A program made the position numbers and the translations under genes. DNA of 64,000 nt from assembly GCF_009914755.1 (NCBI RefSeq), contig NC_060932.1. One strand, 5' to 3'. This stretch comes from the human T2T-CHM13v2.0 reference genome, Homo sapiens. The notes beneath the pieces are model-generated. The model ran no database searches and was not told the DNA's origin. It was given only the letters and a program-made list of their open reading frames with translations. Positions 1 to 18,034 of this stretch are shown piece by piece (position 1 is the first letter of the stretch; every line of letters begins with the position of its first letter).

Positions 1-1589
1 TTTTATGCCAGCATTTCATAGTGGTGATACAAATCATCAGTTTCATAAAATAATGATGTTGGAAACACAGCAGTCAACAGAAGCAAATCCAATACTTTGC
101 TCCATGTGCTGGTAGTCACCATATAGGAGTACCCTGAGAGAGTGGGGAGAGGCTTCCCTGTTGAGCAATCATTGGTGATTTAATCCACTGGTTTTCGAAA
201 TCTGTAATGTAGTTTACAGCTGCCCCCAAGTAAAGCCAGAGCAAAACAGGCCTTAAAATATGGAAAGAAAAGTAGAGTACTCATTCAATAACCTCCAATA
301 AAATAATTTATTTCTGATATACAGTGAGAGGAATCATGGCCATGTGAATTTGGAAAAATGTTACAAAACCATTAAGGCTTTTTGGTTGATTTTCTTACAG
401 TTGGGAAATTTGTGAGGTTAACCACCTAGTCTAGTGTTGTTGTTGTTTTTTTTCAGTAATCTTTTTGTTTTGTTTTATTTTTAAGTAACTATTACCTATT
501 CTTTTTAATTAGAGATAATAGCTTAAATTAAACTGTTTTTTTAAATATATGTAGTTATTAAAACTTCTGAGTTTTTCAATGAGATTCCATTACATACAAT
601 TATTTAAAAAATATTTTCATCTGAAATTATGCGTGTGATTTTATGTGAGGCATCACCTGAAATAATATCTGTTTTTAAAATTCCCAGAGCAGTAAAAGAT
701 ATTTGACAGAGCATGCATTCAATTATAAATCATTATGACTCAATTCCAAAACCTTGCTATATGTTGATCCTTAAAGTAGGTGCTGTTGCGTTTACAAAAA
801 AATTTCATTTTAGGCTCAATAGGCAATATTACATAGTCTCTGAGCTTGAACAGTTAAGCTACTTGTTTACAGACATGAACAAAAATATATGCCCTGATAC
901 TAGTTGTGAATTTTTTAAAATTGGACTTGGGATATTAATAAAAAAACAGATCAGATTTTCCTGCTAAAAGAATATGAATGAACAGGATGAAGGAGCAGAT
1001 TTCAAAAGACAGATCTGCTGGAACAGTATGAGGAGACTGAGTAGAACACAATATCATCAAGAAGCCAGTTTTCCACCTGGGTATTCCAGAGAGGAATGTT
1101 AATGTTTCAGCAATAATCATATATGACAACTTTTTAAAAAGTAATCCAATATAACAAATAGCAATGTTAAGGCAATTGCTAAAAAGCAATGGTGTCTGAA
1201 ACTACTCACTAAGCTAACTATAATTCTTAAATAAAAATTTAGGGATTGAATTTGTATACCTAAGGAAAATAAGAATATTTAATCTTTATGCAAATCCCTA
1301 AAGCTCAGTGCTGATTCATTTACAAGGAACCCATATGGTTCTGGCCTTTCACAGAGGTCCACAAGCCCCTGTTTCTATAAATGGACATGTAGGGTGGTTC
1401 CGGAAGGGGGCAGTTATTGTTAGGGGTATCTGGCAGTAGGTAGCAGGGCTCTAATTCCTAGAAAGACCTCAGTGAAAAAAGAAGTTGAAAGACCAGACCC
1501 TACACCTAGGGAAACTAGAATACCTGCCAGACACCAATGGATGAACAGATTCTTGTGCTCAGGAGACAGAAATTAAGAACAAAGTTTGA

Positions 1590-1790
1590 AGAACAAATAT
1601 TCCTGGGTTCCAATCTAGACATGAAGCTCTCCACGTGATTTTGGGAAAGTCACTTTACCTCTACTGGCTTTGTTAGCTAATCAGCAAAATATTGAAAATT
1701 GCAATATGTACTTTATCTGATTCTTTTGAGAATTAAATAAAATAAGTGAATATGGTGCTTGGCACATAAACTGCAAAAAATGCAATTCAT
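1590..1790 (+). mobile_element. MIR SINE, degraded
   Basis: cctgggttccaatc...gggaaagtcactttacctct...gagaattaaat...gcttggcacata resembles the MIR core. Confidence 0.6.
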
Positions 1791-2390
1791 TTTTATTAAA
1801 GTTGATCTAGTGTTGAGCTGGTAGAGCTGAGGAAAAGATTGAAGACAAAGCTCGGCAGAGGGCAGGAAGGTGGGTGAGTATTTATGAAGAAGGTGTGATT
1901 GAGATGAGTAGATTAACTTGGGCATTTATAGAAAAAAGATTGAGATTCAAAATCTGTGGTTTCAATGGCAATGAAACCACTGAAACTTTTATGAAATTTA
2001 AAATTGTTTTGCTTCACGAGTACATGAAGTACTAATGTAGCCAAGTAAAGCTACTTTAATTTGGTAAACTCAGGCATGGACCCTATTTTATTACTCTGCT
2101 CAAATCTCTTCAGTTCAAGAGGTTGAATGCCCCTTGAAAGGCAAAGATGTTATTTAGACCTAATAGCTTCAGATGCCTCTGGAAGGAGCTGGGTTTCAGT
2201 AAGCAAAAATAAACATAGTTGCACTGACTTCTATTTTGTAGAATAGAAAGAAGTTTGGTTTTGATATGTTGAACTGAAACTTCTAGTTTATGACACCACT
2301 CTTCAGTTTTAAGTCCACAGAAATTTTCTAATAAAGGAGACCATGTTGCTTTTATCTTTTAGCTAATACACAGTTTACTAACATATTTCA

Positions 2391-3789
<1,399 letters not shown>

Positions 3790-4514
3790 TGAAATAACTC
3801 AGATTGTTGCTGATAGTGGTCATTTTCTTTTCAATGCCATAATTCGAGTTTTGTTTCTCCAAAACTATGATATCTCTGCTAGCTAAAGCAATCAAGGGTG
3901 AAATCAAATCATGTCATCTGGCTCAGGGTTAAATTTAGATGACATTTGTTTGTAATATTTTGACTGAATGTTATACAGTATAACATCCTAACAGTGGTTA
4001 GTATAGTGAAAAGCTCATTACCCTTTATCAGAATGTATAACATCCAAAGAGGACTCACTGATTATTGTGCATTTTTATTAAATTAGCACCTTTGACTCAA
4101 AGGTTCAAGTATACAAATGAACAGGAATAAGAATATTTTTGCACAGTCAGTCTGCATCCCTTCATACATAATTGGTCAGTAATGTTTCTTTCCTTTTCTT
4201 TAAAAAATTGTTCATTCTTTTACAATAGTATGTTTTATTTGGGTAGCTTTTTCATATAAAGGTTTAAAGTTAGGAAAATCCTATTTATTCGAACTGGCAG
4301 GAAGCTCAAAGAAGTTTTACTTTAATTCTCTGTCTTATTGACAAAGGGGATGTTGACATCAAAAAAGTGTCACTACAAATCCAAACTAAGTCTCTTACAG
4401 CCTCTCCATCTATAATATTATTCATGATGAGTAATGTGATTATTGATGAGCCTGGCACAATGTAAGATCTGAAAGTCTTTCTGAATCATCAAGAAGTGAT
4501 TAAGTTATTGAGAT

Positions 4515-4730
4515 ACAGTGGATAGAATGTGGAACCAGAAGAGTTGTTTTAGAGTACTGACTGGGCCACTCACTGACAATGCTGTGACGGTCCAGCCTTT
4601 TCATCTTTCTGTGCCTAAGTTTTCTCAACTATAAAACTGAATTAATAATAGCATTATCTCAAAGGGCCAATAAGAATCAGATGATACAATGGATATGACT
4701 AAGCTGTGTAAATTATATGAAGAGCTATTT
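4515..4730 (+). mobile_element. MIR SINE
   Basis: ctgtgcctaagttttctcaactataaaactg...aataatag MIR core. Confidence 0.65.
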
Positions 4731-4799
4731 AAAGTTATTTAGTTCATAGTTTTGGGGGTAAAGATTTCTCATATTCCAATATTTTGAAATTAGTACCCT

Positions 4800-7004
4800 G
4801 CTCTATCACTAATGTGTTCTACATTTCCAATTTTTGTCATCTCAAAAATGTTACATAAATAGAACCATACAATATGCAACATTTTAGGTTTGGCATTTTT
4901 CACTTAGGATAATTCCCCAGAAATTCACCAAAGTTGTTTGTATCAGGAATTACTTTTTATTTCTGAGTAGTATTACCCATGAGATACTTAGAGTTCGCTT
5001 AACCATTCAAGTGCTGAAGGACTTTTGAGTTGATTCCAGCTTTTGGCTATTATGAATAAAGCTGTTATGAGCATTCATGTACAAGTATTTATTATTTATG
5101 AGAACATAAGTTTTCATTTCTGTGGGGTAGATGCCCAGAAGTGCAATTGCTGGATCATATTATAATTGTCAAGCTATTTGCCAGAGTGGCTGTGGCATTT
5201 TCCATTCTGATAAGCAATGTATGTGTGATCCAGTTCCTCTGCATCATCACCAGCGTTTGATGTTACCACCATTTTTAATTTTACCCATTCTTATAGGTAT
5301 GTAGTGATATCTTATTGTGGTTTTAATTTGCAATTCCTTGATGGCTGTTGATATTGAATATCTTATTTACCATCTATACATCATTTGGGAGAATTGTTTT
5401 CTTTTCATGACTTTTGCCTATTTCTTAGTTGATTATTTTCTTACTGTTGAGTTTTGAGAATCTTTTCTATGTTCTATATACTAGTCTTTTGCAGGATATG
5501 TGGTTTATAAGCAGTTTCTTTCAGTCTGTGGTTTGTCTTTTCATCCTCTTAACAAGGTCTTTTGTCAAGCAAAAGCTTTACATTTTTATAAAGTCTAATT
5601 TATTATGTTTCCCTTTGTCTTTGAATTCTTTGTCTTGCTCTAGATTCTGAGGATTTTCTCCCTTTTTCCCAAGATACTCTTATATTTTATACTTAAATTC
5701 ATGACCTATTTTGAGTTGACTTTTGTATAAAGTGTGAAGTTTTGGTCAAAGTTCTTTTTTAAATCCTTCCTCCATTGAACTGTTTGTGCAATTTTGCCAA
5801 AACTCAGTTGTGCATATTTGTATGGATTTATTTCTGGGTTCTCCTTTCTGTTCTATTGATCTATGGGTCTATTCCTTCAACAATATCACTCTGTCTTGTT
5901 TACCATAGCTATATAGTAAGACTTTATATCCAGGATAGGGACTTTGCCCATTTTATTATTTTTCAAGATTATTTTAGCTATTGTTGAGTCTATATTTTGC
6001 CATACAAATTTTCTCCTTTTTTTTTTAGCAATTGAGTCTTGTTATGTTGCCCAGGCTGCTCTCAAACTTTGGGGCTCCGATGATCCTCCCAGTTCAGCAT
6101 CCTAAGTAACTGGGATTACAGGCTCACGCCACCATGCATCACTAAATTTTATAATAACTTGTCCATGTCTACAAAAAACCCTGCTGGAATTTTTATAGCA
6201 ATTACATTAAACCTAGAAACTAATTTGGGGAGAATAGATGCCTTAACTACATTGAGTCTTCTATTCCATGAACATGATTTGTATCTCTGTTCATTTAGGT
6301 CTTTTATTTCTTTCATCAGGATTTTGTAATTTTCAGCATACAGATCTAATACATGTTTTCTTAAGTGTATACCTAAGTATCTCATTTTCTTTGGAGTGAT
6401 TGTAAGTAATTTTATGCTTTTCATGACAGTTTCTGCATGTTCATTTTTACTATATAGAAAAGTGTTTAATGTTTGTGTGTTAATCTTGTATCATGCAGCA
6501 TTACTGAACTCACTTATTAGCCCTATGTCTTTATTTGTAGATTTCTTAGAGTATTCTATATAGCCAATGATGTCATCTTCAAATAGGGACAATTTTCTTT
6601 CTTTCTTTCCAATTGGTATGCCTTTTACTTATTTTTCTTACTTTATTGCACTATCTAAAACTTAGAGCACTATGGTGAATAGAATCATCCATTTCTACTC
6701 AATTGCCAGATTTCGAAGTGAAAAGCTGTTTGTGGCAGTCCCATATTATTCTTATAATAGCTTTAGGATCTTTCTGTGATACTCCTTGCTTGATTCCTGA
6801 TGGTGATATCAAATATTTTTGTCTTGTTCCTGTTCTTAAGAGAAAAGCAATCAGTGCTTTACTATTAAGTCTGATGCTAGCTGTAGGGTTTTTGTGATGG
6901 TAGTTACTCTCTATATCTAGTTTGCTGAGAGTTTTTGTCATGAAGGTTGACTTTTGTCAATGCTTTTCTACATCAACTGATAGTATCACAAAAATTTTCT
7001 TCTT
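4800..7004 (-). mobile_element. Old L1M (3' end and ORF2), host of the L1PA insertion
   Basis: Minus-strand ORFs 6149-6424 and 6699-6941 are degenerate ORF2 (…SWNRRLNVVKASILPKL…, …AFLLRTGTRQ…). Confidence 0.85.
6015..6142 (-). mobile_element. Alu monomer (FLAM-like)
   Basis: polyT then tgttgcccaggctgctctcaaact...gggattacaggc. Confidence 0.8.
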
Positions 7005-7272
7005 GGGGTGGTCCCAAGATGGCCAAATAGGAATAGCTCCAGTCTACAGCTCCCAGCATGAGTGACTCAGAAGACAGGTGATTTCTGCATTTCCAACTGA
7101 GGTACCGAGTTCATCTCACTGGGGCTTGTAGGACAGTGGGGGCAGGACAGTGGGTGCAGCCCACTGAGCGAGAGCTGAAGCAGGGCAAGGCATTGCCTCA
7201 CCTGGGAAGCACAAGGGGTCAGGGAATTCCCTTTCCTAGCCAGGGAAGCAGTGACGGATGGCAACTGGAAAA

Positions 7273-7455
7273 TCAGGTCCCTCCCACCCTAATACTGTGC
7301 TTTTCCAACAGTCTTAGCAAACGGCACACCAGGAGATTATATCCTGTGCCTGGCTCAAAGGGTCCCACACCCATGGAGCCTCGCTCATTGCTAGCACAGC
7401 AGTCTGAGATCAATCTGCAAGGTGGCAGCAAGGCTGGGGGAGGGGCGTCCGCCAT
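7273..7455 (-). pseudogene. L1 ORF0 (antisense 5'UTR ORF), truncated at 60 aa
   Basis: MADAPPPALLPPCRLISDCCASNERGSMGVGPFEPG... matches primate L1 ORF0; early stop. Confidence 0.8.
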
Positions 7456-8030
7456 TGTTGAGGCTTGAATAGGTAAACAAAGTGGCCAGGAAGCTCGAAC
7501 TTGGTGGAGCCCACCGCAGCTCAAGGAGGCCTGCCTGCCTTTGTAGACTCGACCTCTGGGGGCAGGGCATAGCTGAACAAATGGCAGCAGAAACCTCTGC
7601 AGACTTAAATGTCCTTGTCTGACAGCTTTGAAGAGAGCAGTGGTTCTCCCAGCATGGAGTTTGAGACCTGAGAACGGACAGACGGCCCCCTCAAGTGGGT
7701 CCCTGACCCCGGAATAGCCTAACTGGGAGGCACCCTCCAGTAGGGGCAGACAGACACCTCACACGGCCAGGTACCCCTCTGAGACAAAGCTTCCAGAGGA
7801 ATGATCAGGCAGCAACATTTGCTGTTCAGCAATATTAGCTGTTCTGCAGCCTCCGCTGCTGATACCCAGGCAAACAGGGTCTGGAGTGGACCTCCAGCAA
7901 ACTCCAACAGACCTGCAGCTGAGAGTCCTGACTGTTAGAAGGAAAACTAACAAACAGAAAGGACATCCACACCAAAACCCCATCTATACATCCCCATCAT
8001 AAAAGACCAAAGGTAGATAAAACCACAAAG

Positions 8031-9045
8031 ATGGGGAAAAAACAGAGCAGAAAAGCTGAAAATTCTAAAAATCAGAGCACCTCTCCCCCTCCAAAGGAAC
8101 ACAGCTCCTCGCCAGCAATGGAATAAAGCTGGATGGAGAATGACTTTGATGAGTTGAGAGAAGAAGGCTTCAGAAGATCAAACTCCTCCAAGCTAAAGGA
8201 AGAAGTTCGAACCCATCGCAAAGAAGCTAAAAACCTTGAAAAAAGATTAGATGAATGGCTAACTAGAATAACCAATGTAGAGAAGTCCTTAAATGACCTG
8301 ATGGAGCTGAAAAACATGGCACGAGAACTATGTGATGAATGCACAAGCTTCAGTAGCCGATTCGATCAACTGGAAGAAAGGGTATCAGTGATTGAAGATC
8401 AAATGAATGAAATGAAGCGAGAAGAGAAGTTTAGAGAAAAAAGAGTAAAAAGAAACTACAAAGCCTCCAAGAAATATGGGACTATGTGAAAAGACCAAAT
8501 CTACGTCTGATTGGTGTACCTGAAAGTGATGGGGAGAATGGAACCAAGATGGAAAACACTCTGCAGCATATTATCCAGGAGAACTTCCCCAACCTAGCAA
8601 GACAGGCCAACATTCAAATTCAGGAAATACAGAGAACGCCACAAAGATACTCCTCAAGAAGAGCAACTCCAAGACACATAATTGTCAGATTCACCAAAGT
8701 TGAAATGAAGGAAAAAATGTTAAGGGCAGCCAGAGAGAAAGGTCGGGTTACCCACAAAGGGAAGCCCATCAGACTAACAGCGGATCTCTTGGCAGGAACT
8801 CTACAAGCCAGAAGAGAGTGGGGGCCAATATTCAACATTCTTAAAGAAAAGAATTTTCAACCCAGAATTTCCTATCCAGCCAAACTAAGCTTCATGAGTG
8901 AAGGAGAAATAAAATCTTTATAGACAAGCAAATGCTGAGAGATTTTGTCACCACCAGGCCTGCCCTACAAGAGCTCCTGAAGGAAGCACTAAACATGGAA
9001 AGGCACAACCAGTACCAGCCGCTGCAAAATCATGCCAAAATGTAA
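8031..9045 (+). pseudogene. L1 ORF1p, disrupted
   Basis: ATG GGG AAA AAA CAG at 8031; premature TAA at 8124; frameshift near 8456; stop at 8921. Confidence 0.93.
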
Positions 9046-9108
9046 AGACCATAGAGACTAGGAAGAAACTGCATTAACTAACGAGCAAAATAACCAGCTA
9101 GCATCATA

Positions 9109-11380
<2,272 letters not shown>

Positions 11381-12226
11381 CTGGGGGGAGGGATAGCATT
11401 AGGAGATATACCTAATGTAAATGACGAGTTAATGGGTGCACCACACCAACGTGGTGCATGTATACATATATAACAAACCTGCACGTTGTGCACATGTGCC
11501 CTACAACTTAAAGTATAATAAAAATTAAAAAAAGACACTATCTCAAATTAAATAAATAAATAAAATGCAAATAAAATAATTTAATTATGCAACAGATATT
11601 ACCTGCAAATAAAATGTGTAATTATCTACCAAATGGAATTAAGTATGGTATAAATCAAGTAGAACACCAATTCCCACATATACCAGCCAAGATGTCTGCC
11701 ACGATGCGTTATTCTCATGCATTATGACTAAATATAATTTATATAAATCTTAAGAAAACTCCAAAAAATTTTTTTCTTCTTTAGCCTATTGCTATAGTGG
11801 ATTACATGGATTGATTTTTCAATGTGGAGTTAACCTTGCACATGTGGAAAAAGTCCACTTCGTTATGTTATATTATTCTTTTAATACATTGCTGGACTTA
11901 GCTTGCTAAAATTTTGTTGAGGGTTTTGTGATTAAGTTCATGAGATATATTTACCTGTAGTTTCTTTCTCTCATGATAGTTCTGTATTTTTGGTGTCAAG
12001 GTAATACTAGTCTCATAAAATAAATTGGGAAGCGTGTCTTCTTTTGTTCTTTGGAAGAGATTGTGTAAAACTGATGCTAATTCTTCATTAAATGTTTGGT
12101 AGTATTCTCCATTGAAACCATCTGGGCCTGTGATTTTCTTTTTTGGGAGCTTTTAAATTATTATTTTAACTTATTTCATGGTTATGGGAATATATAGATT
12201 ATTTCATTTTGGTTGAGATTTGGTAA

Positions 12227-12730
12227 TGTTTTCATCACTTCCCATTTGCCCCATTGGTAAAGGGAGATTTCCCCCCCAGTGTTATGGGGATGGCCAACCA
12301 CACAACACCCAACACTGGAAAGATGAGATTGACAACAGTTCATTAGTCACACATACTCACAGCCTGTGGGACGGGGATATCACATGCCACACAGAGACTC
12401 AGGATAGAACTCAGGAACAGAGTGAACAACCAGGGGCCGTGGAAGGCAGGCTTTATAATTTCAAGAGGATGAGGCACTTCTTGGTTCCCACAAGAAGATG
12501 TGATGGACTCATTTGAACAATCTGTGGCCTGGCAGGAAACGGAAACCTGCAACTCAGGGATAAACAGGTACAATGCCTGGTCCTTTTAATAAGAAGCGTT
12601 GTTTGGTTAGAGGACCTTATCCACAGGATCAGAATGTAGAGGGGAAATTGCAAGTAGGTCACTCAGGGCCCTCCCAATTTCAGCAGATGTTAAGGCCAAC
12701 ATATTAGGCCTTAGTTTTAGGACTACCACA
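12227..12730 (-). mobile_element. Solo ERV LTR, family unassigned
   Basis: About 500 bp TG...CA-bounded non-L1 block inside the L1M. Confidence 0.6.
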
Positions 12731-13289
12731 AGCAGTTCATAGTTTTTGAGGAATGGTCTATTTCTATTAAATTGTCAGATTTGCAATTGTAAAACTGTTT
12801 GTAATATTACTTTACAATTCGTATAATAATTTTAGGATCTGCAGTGATACTCCCGGTTTATTCCTGATATTGATGATTTGTGTCTTCTCTCTTTATTTTT
12901 GTAAATCTTGCATGAGGTTTATAAATCTTGTTGATTTTTTTGAGGAACTTTTAAAACAGGTTTTTTTCTTTTACTTTCAATTTTCAACATTATTAATTGT
13001 TATTCTTGCCTTTATTATTCCCTAGCTTGTACTTGTTTTGGGCTTAGTTTGCTCTTTGTTTTTCTAGTTTCTTGAGGTACAAACTTAGATTATTGATTTG
13101 AGGTTTTTCTAATATCGAATGTACTGATTTCATGCCATAAATTTTCCCCTCAGGACTGTTTTAGCTGCATCCTCAATATTTTGATATGTTGTATTGTTAT
13201 TTTTGATCAGGTCTACATTGTAAAATTTTCTTTGAGACTTACTCTTTGACCTATAGATTATTTAGAAGCATGTTGTTTAATTTTAGTGT

Positions 13290-13695
13290 TGATATGGTTT
13301 GGATCTGTATCCCCTCCCAAATCTCATGCCAAATTGTTATCCTCTATGTTGGAGCGGGGGGGCCTGGTGGGAGGTGATTGGATCATGGGGAAGATTTTGC
13401 TCTTGGTGCAGTTCTCATGATAGCGAGTGAATTCCTATGAGATCTGGTCATGTAAAAGTATGTGGCACCTCCCCCCACCTCTTGCTCCCACTCTAGCACC
13501 ATGTAAGATGTTCCCACTTCCCCTTCTGCCCTGATTGTAAGTTTCCTGAGGCCTCCCCAGAAGCAGAAGCTGAAGCTGGTTCTGTATATGCTTCCTGTAT
13601 AAACTTCAGATCTGTGAGCCAATTAAACCTCTTTTCTTTATAAATTACCCAGACTCAGCTATTTCTTTGCAGCAATGTGAGAAAGGACTAATACA
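13290..13695 (+). mobile_element. MaLR solo LTR (MSTA/MST-like)
   Basis: tgatatggtttggatctgt...aattaaacctcttttctttataaattaccca...gactaataca. Confidence 0.9.
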
Positions 13696-15228
13696 ACTGT
13701 GTTCAGAGATTTTCCTATTGTGTCTTAGTGATTTCTAGTTTGATTCCATTAGGACCAGAGAACACTGTTTGATTTCAATCTTGAATTCGTGGAGCTTTGC
13801 TTTATGGCCTAAGATAGGGTCTGTCTTGGCGAATGCTCTATGGACACTTGAGAAAATCTATATTCTGTGTTTGTTGGATTGAGCATTCTTCTATAAATAT
13901 GAATTGAATTCTGTTGGTTCAGAGCTCCTATAATTGTGCCTATATTCCACCTTGTAGTTTTATCAGTTGCTAAGATGGATAATTGGCCCCTAATTTTAAT
14001 TGTGATTTTGTCTATTTCTCTTTTCTGCTTTGTCAATTTTGTTTCCTGCATTTTGAAGCTCTGTTGTTAGATGTGTACACATTTAGGATTCTTATGTCTT
14101 CATGGTGAATTTATATTTTTATCATTATGTGATATTTTTCTTTATCTCTGGTAATTGTCCTTGTTCTAATTTCTACTTAATATGCTATTGATATAGACAC
14201 TTCTCCTTCTGTTCAGTTAATATTTGCATGGTATATTCTTTCCAGCCCTTTACTTTAAATCTACCCGTGTCATTGAATTTAAAGTGAGTTTCTTGTAAAG
14301 TGCATATCCTTGGGTCATATTTTATTATATATCCTGCCAATTTCTGTCTTTTAATTGGTATATTTAGATCTTTTACATTTAAGTTAATTATTAAGATGTT
14401 AGAGCTGAAGTCTGTCATTTTATTATTTGTTTTCTATTTGTTCATTCTGATTCTCACTTCTTTATCTTTTTTTGCCATTTTGTGAATTACTTAAACATTT
14501 TTTAGAATTCCACCTTTATTTATTTATAGTGTTTTTCAGAGCATCTCTTTGTATAATTTTTCTAGTGGTTGCTTTGGGCATTACAATATGCATTAGTGAC
14601 TTACCACAGTCAACTTGGATGAACATTTTCCACTTTAAGTGCATGGAAACCTTACTTCTATTTCCCTTCCTCACTTTTAAATATCATTGTCTTGAGTATC
14701 AGATGCTGTTAAAATTTTTGTTTCAATCATTAAACATGATTTCTATAACTCTTGAAAGGGATAGTATATAGTATGTACCCATGTTTCTGTTCTTTTCATT
14801 GTTCTTTCTTTCCAGATTCTCCAGATTTCCTTTTTTATCACTTTCCTTCTGTATGAAGAACTTCATTTAGGGCCACCTTTTAAGGTAGGTCTACAGGCAA
14901 AAGCTCTTTTAGTTTTCCTTTTTCTGAGAATGTCTTTATTTCCCCTACATTCCTGAAAGACAGTTTCATTGGATATAGATTTTGTGGTTTACAGTTCTTT
15001 TTTTCCAGAACTTGAAAAATGTGCCACTTCCTTCTGTTTAATTTTTTCCAATGTATCTTTGTTTGAAATCTTTGGGTTTATCCTGATTAAGGTTCATTCA
15101 GCTTCTGGAATCTGTAGTTTTGTTTATTTCACCAAATTTGGGCAAAGTTCAGTCATTTTATTCTCAAATACTCTTTTAGCCTCACTCCGTTTTTTCTTTC
15201 ATTCTGAGACTTTGATGATACAGACGTG

Positions 15229-15309
15229 GGAAATTTCGTTATTGTCCTACAGGTTGTAATTTCGTTATTGTCCTACAGGAAATTTCGTTATTGTCCTACA
15301 GGTTGTAAG
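15229..15309. repeat. Three tandem copies of AATTTCGTTATTGTCCTACAGG
   Basis: Read directly. Confidence 0.9.
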
Positions 15310-15538
15310 GTTCTGGTTGGTTGGTTCTTCAGTCTATTTTCTCACTGTTGTTCTTATGGAGTAAATTCTAGTGATCTGCCCTCAACTTTATTGGCTTTAT
15401 CCTTTGTCATCTCTCCTGTGCTATAGAACCCATCCAATAAGTTTTTTTACTAATTTGTTATTTTTTTCTATAATTTCCATTTGTTTCTGTTTTTACTTCT
15501 TTTATTTCACTGAGATTTTATGATGGCTGCTTTGGTCA

Positions 15539-15840
15539 GGCCAGGCACGGTGGCTCATGCCTGTAATCCCAGCACTTTGAGAGGCCGAGGTGGGCTGATT
15601 AGTTGAAGTCAGGAGTTTGAGATCAGCCTGGCCAATATGGTGAAACCCTATCTCTACTAAAAATATAAAAATTAGCCCGCGTGGTGGCACATGCTTGTAA
15701 TCTCCACTACTTGGGAGGCTGAGGCAGGAGGATTGCTTGAACCCAGGAGGGGGAGGTTGCAGTCAGCCGAGAGTGCGCCACTGAACTCCAGCCTGGGTGA
15801 CAGAGTGAGACTCCATCTCAAAATAAATAAATAAATAAAA
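15539..15840 (+). mobile_element. Alu (S-type)
   Basis: Full dimer, (AAAT)n tail, TSD-like ttggtca. Confidence 0.95.
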
Positions 15841-15974
15841 TCCTTGGTCAGATAATTCCAACATCTGACTCTTCTCAACATTTACATCATTGACAGTTTT
15901 ACTTATTCAAGTTGTGATTTTTTTATTGTATCTTTGACATTTTGGTTATGTTAGAAGATTCTGGATCCTATCTA

Positions 15975-16388
<414 letters not shown>

Positions 16389-18034
16389 TTAAATATTTTC
16401 TTCTAGCAGGCAGTCATCTTGTTTGGGTTTAGCATGCAGGTCCTAGTCTAATTTTGTAGGCTATGGTTCCAATGACACTTTAATTTTCAGAGCCTTTGTG
16501 GTGTTCTTTTGGTCTTTTGGTACCACTAGGGCCCCCACTTGCCCCTGCTGGTGTTGCCTGGTAGGACAAAATGAGTTGCCTCAGGCCAGATGCCTGGTGT
16601 CTTTTTATGGGAGAAGGAAGTGTTAGGCCCTTGATGATGAAGTTGTTTGCTGGGCCAGGTGTTTGTTGTGATAGATATATTCTCTCAGGGCCTCCTACTG
16701 AGTCTGGATTGGAAATGGGAGTTTTGAGTCCCTTGGAACAAAGAGGCTCCTGGGGCTGGGACACTTCTTGTGGTGGGGTTCTTCTTGCAGGTGACACCCC
16801 ACTGACCCAGAATCTCTCAGCGAGAGTGAGAGAGAACCAGGCCTGTCAGGGAATGAGTCCTCCCACTGGCCACTCTCATTCGCCAGGCTCCTAATGAATT
16901 TCATTTGCCAGTGACACAGGGCTTGACTAGTTTTCCCGGTTTTGTTGGAGAGACTCCCATTTGATTTAGGGGAGGAATGAAACTACCTGAGCTGTCTCTT
17001 CTGTTGCTAGGTTGTGTGTCAGAAAATACAGGTTACTTTCTTCTGTTGGGGTGCGGTCAGGAGATGTAAATGCCTTGCAGCTCTGTTGTTCCTCCATTCC
17101 TGGGGTCACAATTCAGTTCTCCTTCCTCTTACTGCCTTTCAGAATCCTGCCTTTGGTTGCCTAGTGTATTATTTCCAGCATTTGTAGTCATACTTAGCTG
17201 GGAGGAGTAGAGAGAAATGAAGTCTATGACATCTTGCCTAGGCTAGAAATCCTAAACTAACTAAAAACATGATTTTTATAACTTAGAGGGTGCTATGCTT
17301 CAAAAATCAGATGACTTTACATGTGTGCGTCTGTTTCTGGCTTCTATTCTGTTTCATGATTCTATGTTTTGATTAATCAAGTGTGTCTCTGATCTTCAGT
17401 GTAAACTATAACTCTGCTCACTGCACCATAAAAAAACAAGTTATAGTTTAGGTATAGTTTTGCTGGTGCTGCTGCTATTGCTTGTCTATATTCAGCTGAT
17501 ATTTCATGATATTTTATGGCTTATTTTTCCATGTGTAAAAATAGGGAGATTCATCAAAAATTTGTTTCTGAAATCTGTTACTAAATAAACCACCAATGAC
17601 ATGGAAAATATAAACTAGCAAATGAGGGAAATAGTTTGGCAAAGATTCTCATGAGATTTTGAACAGAGGTCTCTTCAAGTTCATCAAATCAATAAACACT
17701 TACTCAGAATATCTCACCCTGTGACTTTAGGCTTGACCCTTCAATCTTCTCCCTGTCAATTTCCTACTTTATAATTCAACTATTTTTTCATGGTTCTGTA
17801 ATTGTTCTTCCAGTTTTCTTTAACTCTGTGTTTTGTAAGTCCTATTCTGGGCGTTATGTCTGATGCAAAAGTTGAGATTGTACTATAACTGCCTGAAATA
17901 TAATTACAGACATAAGATCAATACATGTATAAATATAATTATCCAAAGCATATTATTGGAATAGAATCATAGTCAAATGATGTGAACAAAAGCTTGCTAG
18001 ACTGTAAGCTGTATGAGGGAAAAAACTGGATTGA

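Larger units (their letters stand above)
11763..15530 (-). mobile_element. Continuation of old L1M (ORF2 toward ORF1), interrupted by LTRs
   Basis: Sequence resumes in register with 6960-7004; minus ORFs at 13809-14051 and 14185-14418 resemble the ORF2 endonuclease (LNVKDLNIPIKRQ...CTLQETH). Confidence 0.85.
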
